DNA of 64,000 nucleotides from Isurus oxyrinchus (Eukaryota): contig JANJGN010000017.1 of assembly GCA_026770705.1 (NCBI GenBank), positions 27,528,001-27,592,000 on the forward strand, written 5' to 3'. Shown here in pieces: positions 12,422 to 27,054 of the stretch. Every line of letters starts with the position of its first letter. Position 1 is the stretch's first letter. The notes under the pieces are model-generated. The model was not told the origin of the DNA. It made no database searches and saw nothing but the letters and a program-made list of their open reading frames with translations. Made by a program: the position numbers and the translations under genes.

Positions 12422-12871
12422 GGTCTGCCTGGTCTGGAGGTGATTAGCTATGAGGAGAGGTTGGAGAAACTCGGATTGTTCTCACTAGAGCGATGGAGAT
12501 TGAGGGGCGACTTGATAGAAGTTTACAAAATTATGAGTGGCATGGACAGAGTAGATAGTCAGAAGCTTTTTCCCAGGGTGGAAGAGTCAATTACTAGGGG
12601 ACACAGATTTAAGGTGAAAGGAGAAAACTATAGAGGAGATGTGCGGGGCAAGTTTTTTATGTAGAGGGTAGTGAGTGTCTGGAATTCGCTTCCAGTGGAG
12701 GTGGTGGAAGCAGGTACGATAGTGGTGTTTAAAAGGCAGCTTGACAAATACATGAATAGGATGGGAATAGAGGGATACGGACCCGGAAGTGCAAAATGTT
12801 TTAGTTTGACGGGCAATATGATCGGTGCAGGCTTGGAGAGCTGTACTTTTCTTTGTTCTCTGTTTGTTCTT
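12422..12871 (+). mobile_element. Young CR1 LINE 3' fragment
   Basis: SYEERLEKLGLFSLERWRLRGDLIEVYKIM...WNSLP; (ttctttg)-type tail; near-identical to 42375-42828. Confidence 0.93.
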
Positions 12872-13858
12872 TGTATATTTCTACTTTTATAAACTCTGAT
12901 CTAGACCCTTACTTGACTGGATAAGATCATCAAAAGACCCGATATTGACAGGGACATGTAGTGTAGCTGGGTGGGGATGGGGTGGTGGGAGGTGGGAGGA
13001 GGGATTCGGGGCTTTAGTTGGGAAATAAGAAAATCTGGGTTTCCCCACTTCCTGTGGTTTATTGACTCCAAAACAAACATCCTTTTCTTCAACGGGTTTC
13101 CCACCCGGAAGGCTGCCTGATTGACAGGCTTGGCTCTCTGTGGGTGGGGAACAGTCCGGAGGAGGTTTCAACCACATGGAGAAGGTAAGGAACCTGCCAC
13201 TGCGGGATTGTGGGGTTCGAATCTTCCCGGGGTGGGGGGGTGGAATTGGATTTCTGATTCCAGGAGGAAGGAGGCGGCTGGATCCCAGGGGTGAGGAACC
13301 TTGGAATGGAGGCAGGGTGAGGTGTTGTCCCAATGTTAGGGGTGGGGTCAGACATCCAATGGTTGGGAAGAGGATAGTTTGGTGGACTAGGAAGAAATAG
13401 TCCTGCTGCTCCTGGCCCACAAGCAGTGCTATAAAGGCTCCTATCTTTTCCATAAAACTTTCCTCGCCCCCCCCTTGAGCTGCAGGGGTAGCTGAGACTA
13501 GGGAACCCCAGCTTGCTAGGGTTAAATATGTAAGTCAGGTTAAATGTGAAGCTCCCAGCCTCATTGTAATATTTAAGTGGGAAACCTGCTTCCTGTAGTG
13601 GGCTGTTACTTTCACCTGTCCCACTTCCAAAATTTGGTGGGGTGGCAGGTGGGGTGTTGGTGGGGGTGGTTGGTGATTGGAAGCGGGTTGGGATCAGATC
13701 TGACATTTGTAAAATTTTTACATGACACTTGATCCTAACCCACCTGTTTTTGGTGCTCCCTTATGTGGTCAACGTGACCACCACAGCATAAAGAGGGATA
13801 CACGCATTCAAATTATGTTGACTTTAACACTTAATATTTCTTATCACTCAAGGACAAG

Positions 13859-16800
13859 TGTGATGGACTAAGATCTCATGCCCTACATTTTTATGAAAAA
13901 ATATAGTCTGCTCTTTAACATCTGACTAGCAGCCACACAGAGAAAGGGGCTCTTTCCAGGTTGGACACCTGCCCCCCACCACCGCCCCCCCCCCCACCCC
14001 CCAACATCTACATTGGCTTCCATTGGAAATTCTGTACCATCACCTAAAAGACTGATTTATCTGTGCATGCCTATCTCATCATGTGAAGTCCACATCACCA
14101 GAGAAGTGAATTATGCAGCATTGGTTTTCAACCTGCTGACCTCCGTGAAGGAATACCTCATTGGACTTTGATTTTGGGCTCAGGAACCCACATGAAACAA
14201 TATTTATTTTCTCTGTGGTCTCTGTTCTGTAAATCCTTCTCTTCTCTATATTGTCTGAGTGTGGAGGCAACATATCAAACCCCTCTCCTGCACTTTGCAC
14301 GTGTGCAAATAAACTAACCCTTTGAGTTTACCCTATCTTGAGTTTGCTGTGGGGCTATTAATAGAAAATTGGATCACACTAAAAAACCGAGAGGATGGAA
14401 AATATGCCACCAGTTATAAAGAGGGAAACAAATAAAAATATGTTTCTGTTTACGGACTGGCGGTGAGAGGAGAATTTAGTGCTACTTAAATTAACCCTCC
14501 TCCTGTCTGTGGCAGAAATTGGGAGCTCAAATCTGGGATCACCCATTTGAATTTGGCTGGAGTCCAATTTTGAGACACCAGCCAAATCTGGTATAAAAGA
14601 ATCAATTAGTAGCCAAAAGGAAAAACTAGGGACAGGAACAAATTTTAAAACACGGTAACTTATCACAGCAAATTCCTTTTCCCTAACACTAAGAAAATGG
14701 CAACCTTTGATGCACAGATGTGGGTCAAACAAGGAGATCTGAACGGTGAAACATTAACATCCCTTAGCACAGAGCAGCTGAAAGCTTTTACTAGGGAGGT
14801 ACAGTTAACATTACCCAGTAAAGTGAAGTGAAGTCCAGTTGTTGGTAGAACATTTGGATCTCACATATCTGAAAGAGCAGGTAGAGGAAGAGCCCAAACA
14901 TGACTCTGAATCCCCTCCCCTAGCCAAATTCGAGTTGGAAAAGCTCAGAATGCAGCTAGAATTTAAGAGGGAAAGAGAGGCTCAGGAGAAGGGAAGGGAG
15001 AGAAAACGGGAGAAAGTGAGAGAGCTAGGGAACAGGAAAGGGAAAGAATACCAGCTCTGAAAATTGGAAATGGAGGTGGCAGCTCAAAGGGAGAGAGAGA
15101 CCAGACAGTTGGAAGCTGCGGGGGAGAATCTCTCTCTATTTGGTAGCATCCCCTATCTCCCTAACCCAGAACCACTCTCTGAGGCCCTCAAGTATGCTAG
15201 ATTAATTCCCAAATTTGAAGAGTGTGACATGGAGTCATTTTTTGCCACTTATGAGGAAGTAGCAGGACAGCTAAAATGGCCATATCTGCACATTTTTGAT
15301 TCAAGGTCAGGTATCAGGGAGAGCCCAAGAGGTCTACTCCATGCTGACTCCTGATGTGTCCATGAATTATGAGCAGACCAAGGCTGCCATCCTAAATGCC
15401 TATGAGTTAGTTCTGGAGGCATATCACCAGCAATTCCGGAACCCTCATAAGGAGCCCACACAAACCTCATTCGCATTTGAACACTGGAAGCAAATTGCGT
15501 TTGATTGATGGGTATGGCACTTTAAGATCCCATGTACCTGTGAGCGATTGTGTGAGCTAATATTGTTAGAGGAATTTAAAAACTGCTTAACCTCCAGCCT
15601 GAGGACGCATTTGGCGGAGCAGAGAATCCTCACAGCCCGGGATGCAGCAATCACAGCAGACAGCTATGATCTCACCCATTGGCCTAGAAACTCAGGCAGA
15701 CCCTTTCTAAACCATTCCCATGACCATTGGAAAGATAAGCAGGGCGACCTAGGTAGGAACTGCACCCCCCTAGCCAGAAAAGAAAACACAAAGAAGGGTG
15801 CGAGAGCCCTCCTGCAGCCAGAACAGAGAACCCCGGAGATTGGTGTATTCCCATTGTAATAAAACCAGCCATTCCAGACCTGCGTGATGGAAGTTGCGAG
15901 GAAAGCCTGAAGGTCGAATAGGGCTCCTCATGAGTCCTCCCCCAAAGGAGACCCCAGAGCAGGCAGAGTCCCTTGCTACAGAAACTTACTCCTTGGAGGG
16001 CAAGGGACCATGTGTGTCTGAGTCGGACAGAATCCCAGAGAGCTTCCGAAATCTTTGCCCTTTCGGAAACAGTGCTCCTCTACTCACCCCAAAACTTGAG
16101 CAAGCCCATTGTATTGCTCAGGGACATGGGCCACTTAGCTCTTCATGCTGAATTACACCCCCCACCCCCCGAGCCCTTCCTGAAGACCAAAGCCCTGATC
16201 AGTGGTGTGGGAGGAGGATCTGTGTTTGCACCCTTCTATATGGTCCACCTAGAGTGTGACCTTGTTTCAGGCCCTTTCATGGTAGGAATTGTTCCTGAAT
16301 TATCAAAAGCAGGAATTGATTTCCTCCTCGGAAACTATTTTGCTAGCAGCAAAGTGTTAGCCAGTGAAAGGAAAGAGGCCAACATCAGCCAATAGAAATC
16401 TGCTGGAGTGCAGAAGACTGGGAAATAGTCAGAGGCCCAAAAAGGTGAAATAAAACACATGTCCATTGAGTGAGAGCTGCTTGAATGTAACAAGGCCAAA
16501 GCCAGGCCAGTAGAGTTAAAAGAGGTCCAGGAGAAGTCAATAGAATTGAAAAAAGACTCTCAGAATATCCCTGAATTAAACAAGGTCCAGAGAAGTCCCA
16601 GAGCAGGGATAGAGATCATGATGGAGATGCCCCACATATTCAAAGAACCTGGAGGAAGGCAAGTTAATAAACCAGGAAAGGAAAAGGTTAAGGAATTGCC
16701 AGAAGCATGACTGGCGGAAACCTTCTTTCCTAATCTAATACGGACTCAAGGAGTCCCCAAACAGATGAGCAGGCAGGGAATGAGAGGCCTCACCCAATTG

Positions 16801-19160
16801 AAAAGCTACAAGCAAGTATAGCCAGAGCTACACTTCCACTTGAGGGCAGGAGTGTCCCAGGGGACTTGGAACAAGTTAGGAGAGTGCCCACTCCCAAGCT
16901 AAAGGCCCCAGCTATGGAGCCAATGATTGGTTTATGGCAAATTTAAATGAGGACCAGGAAAATTCCCAAATAGATCCAGAAAGCGTGAGAGTGGTGCCTT
17001 ACTTAGGTGAAAAGTCACAGAGAGGCACAGTGAAGTTGACCGTCCAACAGAGGGAAGTAGTGTTCCAAACGACATGAAGCCTACCACCTAACTGACCAGC
17101 AGAGAAATTCCAACCAGATTGGATCCCATATTCACCCACCTTGATGCAGAACCGCGAGGTAACCTGATGGAGCTCCCGCTGCATTTAGAATGACCCATAT
17201 CAGCCCACCAGGCTGCAGCACTGTAGCCCTACCTGGTATGGACGTCAGAGAGACCCCTTCCAGAAGGCAGTCTTCCTAACATCTGGGCCCAAAAGCTTGG
17301 CCTAGGTTCAGGAGAAGATTACCTATCTGTTGCGGTACCTACCCCTTATTGCCTCGCAACAGTAACTGGAACATCCTAGGTGTGCTCACGCCCGAGTCAG
17401 ATACTGAACCGTTCTCCCTGAAAGAGGCCAAATTCCCATTAAAGAAACCCAATCTCCTGATCATCAGCCCAATCACAGTGCCTGGGCTGGGACAACTGAA
17501 CCCACAGGTTACCAAGATGGGCAGTGAGGAGCTAAGCTGGACAAGAGCAGCTCAGCCCTATGATCAAACGATCTTGCACTCACAGAGCGAGGCACCCAAC
17601 ATCCCCCTGCAGATAGCCCAGAGCTGCTTGACCATTACTCACCCCCCTGAGTGCTCACTACCATGTAAAATCCGCAGACCCTTTAGGAGATACATGGTAA
17701 AGATTTGGACAGGCACAGAGTTCTGAAACCAAGGGCTTTGCTTATGTCTGATCCCCGACATAGGAAAATCAGAAATCTAACCAAGGATAGGCTTCCCCCT
17801 AAAGGCAGATTTTGAATCTTCCTAAACATTCCACGTTTCAGAAAAGGACAATGTCCTTGCCGATGCACTAACCCAGATTTAAACCTCAAAAATAATGCAG
17901 CAGGGAGAACTGCCATTGCCCCTGCGAGCTGTGTGTTTGACCTGCCAGTGTGAGTGAGAGAATGAATACATACTACTTTACTTCTTGTTTTTCTTTCATA
18001 AGGGCCACATGAAAAAAATGAAACAGAACTCATTTTATCCCCCGAGGCCGGGAGAACTGTGATGGACTAAGACCTCATACTATGCATTTTTATCTAAAAA
18101 AAACCATGTATATACACATTGCCATTTCTAAAATTAAAACATTAAAATTAAAAATTAAAATTAAAATTGGTTGGACAAATCCTTAAAATGACTGAACCTA
18201 TGTCTGTCTGTGACCCCAGAATAAAAGAAGCCCCTTTACAGTTTTGGGAAAACTCATACCTCGTTATCTCTGAGGAGCCACTAACGATCACATGGGGACT
18301 ACACAGCCCGACTTCAAAGGGAGCTGTACAAAGGCCATTTGCATTTGATAACCCATGCTTACCAGCAGGCGACTGAGGGTCTGCTAAGAAAAAGGCCCTT
18401 CCAACCTTCCTTTCAACTCATAATGGCTGGGGCATTTAGCAGGCTTTGAGACCCAGCCGAATTCCAGATGACGGATACAAATCCTTTGTTGAAGGCCTGG
18501 TGGAGAGGTGGGAATCATGTTACATAGGCCTCTGGTTTGTCGAACAAGTGGTATTGCCTTGCTGAGCTGAAGATCTCAGTCTGTTCTTTAACATCTGACC
18601 AGCAGCCACACAGAAAGGAGCTGTGCCCAGGTTGAACACCTAGCCCCATCTACACTGCTTCTGTTGGAAGTTCTGCACCATCGCCTATAATGCTGATTCA
18701 TCTCTGCATGCCTATCTTATCTTGTGAAGCCAACACCACGGGAAAAGTGAATTATCCAGCTTCAGTTTCAACCTGTCAGCTTCTGTGAAGGAATACCTCA
18801 TTGGGCTTTGATTCTGGACTCTGGAACTCAAGTGAACCAATATTTATTTTCTCGTGGCCTTGTTCTGTAAATCCTTCTCTTCTCCATCCCTCTTTTTATT
18901 GTCTGTGTGTGGAGGTGACGTATCAAAACCCCTCCTGCATTTTGAGTGTGTGCAAATAAACTAACCCTTTAAGTTCATCCTATCTCAAATTTGCTGTGGT
19001 GTTATTAATAGAAAATTGGATCACACAGAAAAACTGAGAGGATGGGAAATACTCCACCACTTATAAAGAAGGAAACAAATCAAAATACCTTTCTGCTTAC
19101 AGATGGTGGTGAGAGGAGAAAATAGTGCTGGTTAAATTAACCCCCCTCGTGCCCCTAACA
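13859..19160 (+). mobile_element. Gypsy (Gmr1-like) LTR retrotransposon, internally deleted
   Basis: LTRs 13859-14514 and 18058-19160 (TGTG...CA). Perfect 4-bp TSD CAAG. PBS tgggagctcaaatctgggat resembles a tRNA-Pro PBS. Purine-rich tract gaggccgggagaac precedes the 3' LTR. Confidence 0.93.
14700..17881 (+). pseudogene. Disrupted gag (SCAN-related capsid), protease and RT/RNase H remnants of the LTR element
   Basis: LIPKFEECDMESFFATYE; GRAQEVYSML...AILNAYELVLEAYHQQFRN; ELILLEEFKNCL; protease LLRDMG...IDFLLGN; RNase H end KDNVLADALTQI* just before the 3' LTR. Many stops and frameshifts. Confidence 0.85.
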
Positions 19161-19164
19161 CAAG

Positions 19165-19510
19165 CTTTTTTTTCATATTCGTTCATGGGATGTGGATGTC
19201 GTTGGCTAGGTCAGCATTTATTGCCCATCCCTAATTGTCCCTGGGAAGGTGGTGGTGAGCTGCCTTCTCTAACTGCTGCAGTCCATGTGGTGTAGGTACA
19301 GCCACAGTGCCGTTAGGGAAGGAGTTCCAGGATTTTGAGCCAGCGACAGTGAAGGAACGACAATATATTTCCAAGTCAGGATGATGAGTGGCTTGGAGGG
19401 GAACTTGCAGGTGGTGGTGTTCCCATGTATCTGCTGCCCTTGTCCTTCGAGATGGTAGAGGTCTTGGGTTTGAAAGGTGCTGTCTGAGAGGTCTTGGTGA
19501 GTTACTGAAG
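19165..19510 (-). mobile_element. CR1/L2-group LINE 3' fragment
   Basis: Reverse complement of 22575-22912; poly-T at its left end. Confidence 0.88.
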
Positions 19511-19761
19511 CTGGTTAATTCATATGTAAATCTATAGAAATCTTGGAATGGAATTTAGAAGAGGACATTAACAAGATTATTTCAAGTTAGTAAAATCCTG
19601 CCAGAAAAAGGTAACATTTTAATTCACGTCATTTTGTCCCCTATAATATTTTGATTTATTTGTTGAAAACAATGTCAAAACGATAACAATGAATATGTGC
19701 CAAAGCTATGATCCATGACAGAGTAACTCGTTCCCTGTTAATGTAATTTCTTTTACTGTAG

Positions 19762-19926
<165 letters not shown>

Positions 19927-21357
19927 TAATAACATAATGGTCAAAATAAGCACTATTGTAATTCTGTTCACCTTCATTTTCTCTTCTTTACTTTCATGCT
20001 CCACAGTGGGGATACATTACATTATGAAGCAAAATTAGCATTCAAAATTGTTTGAGATATGCATTCATGTAATGGTTTTTGTGGGGCATTGATGATAGGT
20101 TGGGTTGAGCCTTCCTCCATGATCCTGCCCAAAATTGCCATGAGGCCTACCATCACATGACCTCATTTTCCCTCCCTGGTTGTAGTCAGGACCATTGCTA
20201 ACCAATCCCTCCCTCCCAGCACATTACATGTACAGGTTCACAGAGCCTCAGTTCCAAACCTATTTCCCTGTCATCTACCCTGGTTACTGTAATTTGACAG
20301 GACTGCCTAGTGGAAGGTGGCATTAGGCCAGGATACTGGCAAGAAGGTGTCAGGATTCTTCTAGTGAGAAAAGAAGGCCTAGTAGAGGCCTCCACTCTTT
20401 CCATTTCTGCCCCACAGCTTCACTTGGGTAAGCCTTGGAATCAACAGACGCCTCCAAATACATTTTTAATTTTGTCCTTAGTGTCCTTTCTTGCCTCTTT
20501 GGGTGATTCCGTGATGTGTATACTGCAGGGCTGCCATGATTTTCCTCCATTGTACTGGTAGGCTTCCTCTCAGTATTTGAAATTCTGCTTTTAAGATGCT
20601 GAACCTGGGAAACTGGGTCAGGGTTGAGGTAGTAACGGAGATGTGAGTGGAATTCCCACCACATTGGGAGTTAATGTGGTGGTAAGAACTTTGAATTGCT
20701 GAATTTCTCTTTAAACATGTAACATACCAAATGCATTTTGACATATTTTGCAATATGGCAATAGATTAAATGATATGGCTAATTGTGTTAAACTAGAATA
20801 ATATTCTTACCAAACTACATCATACTCCATTATTTAAGATGTGAATGCCATTTACTGGGGACTTTAGGAAAAAGCCTTTGACATCTTGCTTTTGATCTTG
20901 AGTATGTAATATAAGTAGGCAAGATTGTAACTCAATCAAAGCCCATATACTTTCATAGAGTTAAAAGTCAGGCCAAGTGAGTCTGATATTTGAATAAAAT
21001 TGCAGACTTTCTGATATTTTGATTAGTTACCTCCTTCATATGTTATCCCCAAAGAAAAATAAACTGATGTAAATAATATAAAACGGTAATATATATATAT
21101 AGTACGAATATTTATAATAGCAATGGTAATCGTAATGGCAAAATTCTCAGTATAACAGACTGCATTACTGACAGAATAAAAAAAAAAGCATTGTTAGAAA
21201 CATATCCTCGGGCTTTCTGATGAGCAATGCCCTCTTGAAATATTTTTCGTCCTATGTACCTCTTCATATTCGGTGTTCAGTACCTTTAGATTTAATTGTG
21301 GGACACAGCCCACGCAGCATCTAAAAGTATCATTATTATGAGGTATGGGATTAATGA

Positions 21358-21560
21358 GGAGGGATTTTGGTGTAGTTGGTAGCATCCCATGCCTCTGGGC
21401 CGGAAGCTCCACGTTTGAGTCTCACCCTGGGACTTGTTGGTCAAGGAAGGAGCATCAACCTGTAAATTCTGCCAACACATGCCAATGGCAGATGGTAAGT
21501 ATGGGGGGAATTCTTGGTCAGCCATGTGATGGAAAGAATATTGAAGCCTCTACCATCACT
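21358..21560 (+). mobile_element. Old tRNA-derived SINE head
   Basis: A-box tggtgtagttgg and B-box-like gtttgagtc at tRNA-like spacing; body not identified. Confidence 0.45.
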
Positions 21561-22072
21561 ATTCAGAGCTCCAGACTACAACATAAAAGTTGCAATAGTG
21601 AAAAAGTTGTAAAATTGTAAAAGTGTATGTTGCCACAGCAACTCGACCCTCTGAGTGAACCATAACACATTACCACCATAGGATTAATAGTAGCTGAAAT
21701 GTTAGCAGTTACCTACACGATCAAAGAAATGATTCTTACAGGGCCAAGTCAGACTCAAGTGAGTGGTTCTGCTCATTGATGTTTATTATTCACACCATTT
21801 TGTTTCAATCAGGAACAGCTGAAATGGTTTTGCTTCTAACCAATGGCTGTGAGCTTCCGGGCCTTCTGATTTTCATCCACAAGCAGCAGTCTTCCTGCTG
21901 CCTATGAAAAATGTGGCACTTACTTTGCTCCTTGCCCTCAGCCCTCCATTCAGAGTAAGGCAAGGGCAAGTATTAATTGCACATGTGGCTGTCTGCCAAG
22001 TAATGACCCATAGAAATGAGGTGAGATATATATTCTGCTTCATTTTTGAAGCTTTTGATTACTCGCACATGC

Positions 22073-22912
22073 TACATGATACTGAAGCAGTCCATGTCCA
22101 AATGCAGCAAGGCCTGGACAATATCCAGGTTTGGGTTGACAAGTGGCAAATAACATTCACACCACACAAGTGCAAGGTAATGACCATCTCCAACAAGAGA
22201 GAATCTAACCATCACCCCTTGAAATTCAATGGCATTACCATCACTGAATCCCCTACTATCAACATCCTGGGGGTTACCATTGACAAGACTGAATTGGACT
22301 GGCCAGATAAATACTGTGGCTACAAAAACTGGTCAGAGGCTAGGAATCCTGCAGTTACTAATTCACCTTCTGACCCCCAAAGCCTGTCACTATCCACAAG
22401 GCTCAAGTCAGGAGTGTGACTTGCCTGGATGAGTGCAGCTCCAACAACACTCAAGAAGCTTGACACCATCCAGGACAAAGTAGCCCACTTGATTGGCACC
22501 CCATCCACAAACATTCACCCCTTCCACCACCGATGCACAGTGGCAGTAGTGTGTATCCATCTAAAAGATGCACTGCAGAAACTCACCAAGGCTTTTTAGA
22601 TAGCACCTTCCAGACCCACGACCGTTACCATCTGGAAGGACAAGGGCAGCAGATGCATGGGAACGCCACCACTATCTGGAAGTTCCCCTCCAAGTCACTC
22701 ACCAACTAACTTGGAAATATATCGCCGTTCCTTCACTGTCGCTGGGTCAAAATTCTGGAACTCCCTCCCTAACAGCACTGTGGATGTACCTACAGCACAT
22801 GAACTGCAGTGGTACAAGAAGGCAGCTCATCACCACCATCTCAAGGAAATTAGGGATGGACAATAAATGCTGGCCTTGTCAGTGACACCCAGATCTTATA
22901 AATGAATAAAAA
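22073..22912 (+). mobile_element. CR1/L2-group (Zenon-like) LINE, 5'-truncated
   Basis: MQQGLDNIQVWVDKWQITFTPHKCKVMTIS...INILGVTID...RRSFTVAGSKFWNSLP; tail aatgaataaaaa. Confidence 0.9.
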
Positions 22913-24667
22913 GGAAACCCCCAGAATGACAATGGTAAAACAGAAGGTGCAGCAATATAGTTCCATGCTTTATGTCTGGGAAATATAGGGGGGAACCTGG
23001 TTTTGTGTCCAAGTTTCCATGACTCAAAGTCCAGGCAGGATCAAGGATTATACCTCCCCCTTCCATATTTAGCTTCTTTTTATTTTTAAATGGTGATGTG
23101 CGGAAGTGGCATCTTCCATTTCATTCCAGGGAAGAAACAGGAACAGGCTTGAAACCCTCTGTCTGGCATCCCAGCCTTCCTGATCTGGCAGTTTCCTTAG
23201 ATGTGTTCTCAGCGCAGGCACAGGTTTAATAGAATTTAAAGTAGGGTTACCTCCTGCTGACCTCAGAATATCTGTTGGGATCAGCTGTGGAGGTTTCCGT
23301 GTCAGTAATCATGGCATAATTATTGGGCCCTATGGTTTATGGATTTTCAGGGCCTAGGATTAAAGTAGGCACTAGAATTATTACTAATAGACATGTGTTC
23401 TAGAGATGGGCTAATACCCTTTAACACAAGAGCCTGAGGTCAAACTTTGCTTTTGTGTATAAAGTGTTATTTGGCTTTTGCCCTTGTTATCCGGGAAGTA
23501 TAAAGGTGGCACATGAAACAACTTTGCAACATTGCCTTACATGTGCAGGCCGGATTACACTCACTACACACAATTGTGCAGTGAAGTTTGGAAGATACAC
23601 TGTAACCCCTGATGCTGATCGCCCAGGCACCAAGTAAGGTTACACATGCACACGCACTGTGTCCACCCATGGATCCACATGGGTCCTCCCACTGGTTTTG
23701 GTCATTGGTGTGCCTCCATCAGCCAATATCAGCACTGGTTTGTGCCTGTGCGATTGTTGATGTCCCCCGCTCAGCCATGCTGTCTGATGCGTACTCTCGC
23801 CGCTGGCCTGCCTGCTCTCTCATTGCCCCGAGCACCCCGGCACCCCGCCCCCGGTCCTGTCTTTAAGTCCTCGATGCACATGGTGCTCCTGACCACGGCT
23901 GTGAGAGCCGCTGTCTTTCTGGCAGTAGTGATGATCAGTTATTTTAGGCTACCAAAATAACACTGCATTCAATAAATGCATGGCAATCTCGAATGCTTTT
24001 ACACCACAATCCGCTTTTGCAAAATTCTAATACAGGAAATGATAGCAGGAGCACACGCGAACATGTTTGCAGTCTGGGGCATAATAGACAGCAAAGCGTA
24101 CCTTGTAAGCAGAGTTTACAGGCTGCCATTTGGGTTGCTTCTACAAGGACTTATATGATACTTTAGTCCAGGGAAATATACACAAATTGGCTTCAACTTT
24201 TCTAAAGATCTGCTTTATTTTAATAATTACAGTTCTGTAGTCCTGGCTTTGATATCACAGGCACCAACTAATACAAGTGCGCGAAATGCGCCCTCTGCAG
24301 TTGTGATTTATCCAACTCAGCCTGGAAGAATTTGGTCAAACTAACCTGTGTGGTTCTTTGGAACTAGTCGATCATACATAAAATCTATGACTGGCATGAG
24401 CACAAACTTTTCCAAGGGTGACTGACAATAATGATTTTAATACATGCCTGGATATGAATTTCTAGATTTGCAGGTACAGCTAGGAATTCTTGGCCTCTGT
24501 ACGAACTATAACCCAATACTTTAAAACAACCTGCAGACTTGCTTCTCTGTGCATTTTAATTTGCACGAGGGTATCTACTGCTGTTGTGATGTTAACAAAG
24601 AAACTATTCATGGTGTAAAATGTAAGCATCGGTGTTTTCAACTTTCCACTGTAACCAGCTGGTTTAA

Positions 24668-24853
<186 letters not shown>

Positions 24854-26191
24854 TGAGTACAGTAAAACATTATTTTTGTGCGATTCTTTTATAAATATTA
24901 TTTCTAGCTATAGAGACTGACCCGAGTGAATAAGAAACATGGCAGCTGAAAGCAATGTAAAGTTATCTGAACAATTTGATAGGCTGGTGTTGTAATATTT
25001 GTTAGTTTGTGAATGGTAACTTTGAAAAAGGCTAGGGCTGTGATTGCTCTGTTTTTTGCTGAATTATTGTTTGGTTCTTTGTCTTATTGGATCTGTTTAT
25101 ATTGTTTTGAATTGATATTTGATTGTTAGCTTGTGGACTAGGTATCTTTTTTCGGCAAGTCACTAATTTTCACCCTTCGGGTCTAAGATGCTTTGAAGTG
25201 TGACATTGATGAGGTGTGATGTTTTTCAAACTGCACACTAGCACAGAGCTTTAATTATGTAGCTATGCTGGCTTTTATATATAGTACATATTTCTGTTTC
25301 AAATATTACTAACTATACAAAACTAGATTATCTCCAAGGATACTTTAGAAATCAATTGCTCTTGTATGATTTGCAGTATATAACAAGATTGTTCAAATTG
25401 TGCAGGAAAAAAGTATGCTTACGCTTTCATAGTGTGCCCCTGACACCAATTAAAATATATTAATGTTCAAGTTTTTAAAACTTCACACAATAAATAATTC
25501 TGTTTATTTGTGCAATCCAAAGCATATTATATTTTGATATGTTTTTTGGATTTGACAATTTTTTAATGAGTAAAGTTTGTCAGAGTTGTTGATCTGAGAT
25601 ATCAGATAAGCTGAATCCTGCAATGTGAATAATGCAACACTTGGACTGCGAGAGACTCAATATTGAATCCTATATTGCTGGTTTATAACTTAGTAAATTA
25701 TTTAAAAGAGCTATGTCAACTACTACCGTTTTGATGCAGCATTCAACAGTGGCATCATGTCAACTGACCAAGACATTATTATTTGATACATTTTATTGAA
25801 TTTTTCATTATTAATCATAGGTAATAAAATGGTTTTATCTATATGTGTAAATCTCACAAGGAATACAATGAAAGGCCCAACAATTGAAGAAGCTGAAATG
25901 TTGGGTAAATATACCAGATACCCTGCCAGGACCGGTGTCTTGCTGAAAGGAATTGTTAACAGGCAACATTGAGTTAAATAGCTTATTTTCACCATTCTTT
26001 GGTGAGAGGAGAAATGATATGTCATGTATATATGCACAAGAGCATTCAGAGAACTCCACTTTCCTGCTGGTGACATATTTAAGGTTACAAGACCAATATG
26101 ACAGAATAAAAGGCTCTAGTTTAAATGCCAACTTTATCTTTACTTTCATGACTTACAGACCTCCTCCTCCCCCACTCTCTCCACTGACAAA

Positions 26192-26790
26192 GGGCTGGAT
26201 TTTAGGGCCCCCACTGAATGTCCGGTGGGGATGGTGGGGGGGGGGGGGCACGTAAAATATGTTGGGTAGCTAGCCCACTACCTTCTCATCCAATTCCGAT
26301 CTGTTCCCCATAATAGGGGGTGGGTAAAGTTCCCACAAGCCTGCCCGCCCTTAGGCCTATTGAACCCTTAAGTCACCAATTACTGCCCACTTAAGGCTCA
26401 CAATGCACCTCCACTGCCATAATACACTGGGCAGTGGCAGGTGGGCAAGTGGGACAAGGCTGTTTTTTTCACCAAAGTTGGTGAAAAGGAAGAAAGGAAG
26501 GGGGCGTACATCCTTTGGAAGGTGCCCTGCGTACATCAGGGTGCACCCCCTCTAAAACTTGCCCACCCTCCCTTTATGCCTTCGCACCTGGTCTCCAAAG
26601 CCCACCCCCCCCATCATCCTCACCTGCTCCCTAGGATGTCTGATCCCTCCCTGCCCTAAAAGACCAGGATTAGCCAAGGTCCATGTCCATCTTTGATCTC
26701 CGTGTGCCTCCTTGCAGTCCCAGCAGCGCCCACTACTGAGCTCTGGCGCTGCTGGGACTGCTGGAGCTGCCGGTGTAAGCCCCACTCTCT
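26192..26790. mobile_element. PIF/Harbinger MITE fragment
   Basis: Left TIR gggctggatttt; GC-rich family interior. Confidence 0.6.
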
Positions 26791-27054
26791 GCCCCCAGCC
26801 TGTTATCCCTGCGGGGAGGCCTCATTTAAAGTCGGAGAAGAGGGGGACAAACAGAGAATGACTTACTTTTAGTTCATAAACTTTGTACACAACATCAGTA
26901 GTTTTGTTACATTATTGCTATTTTGGTTAAATCACTTACTGGATACAGAACTATGTTGAGAACACTATGTAATGACTTTTCTGCTGTGCATGCACTATTC
27001 CTGCTACTAATTGCATATGTTTCTTAGACCATCGTAACTAACGTTCAAGTAAAT

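Noticed and set aside
11407-13706. Pro/Gly-rich ORFs of 100-205 aa
   Set aside because: They are translations of GC-rich MITE interiors and poly-G/C runs, with no domain or splice support.
25821-25904. 84-bp candidate alternative DNTT exon (catag|...TGG|gtaaat)
   Set aside because: It gives an immediate TAA when joined to exon 7, has a weak donor and shows no homology.
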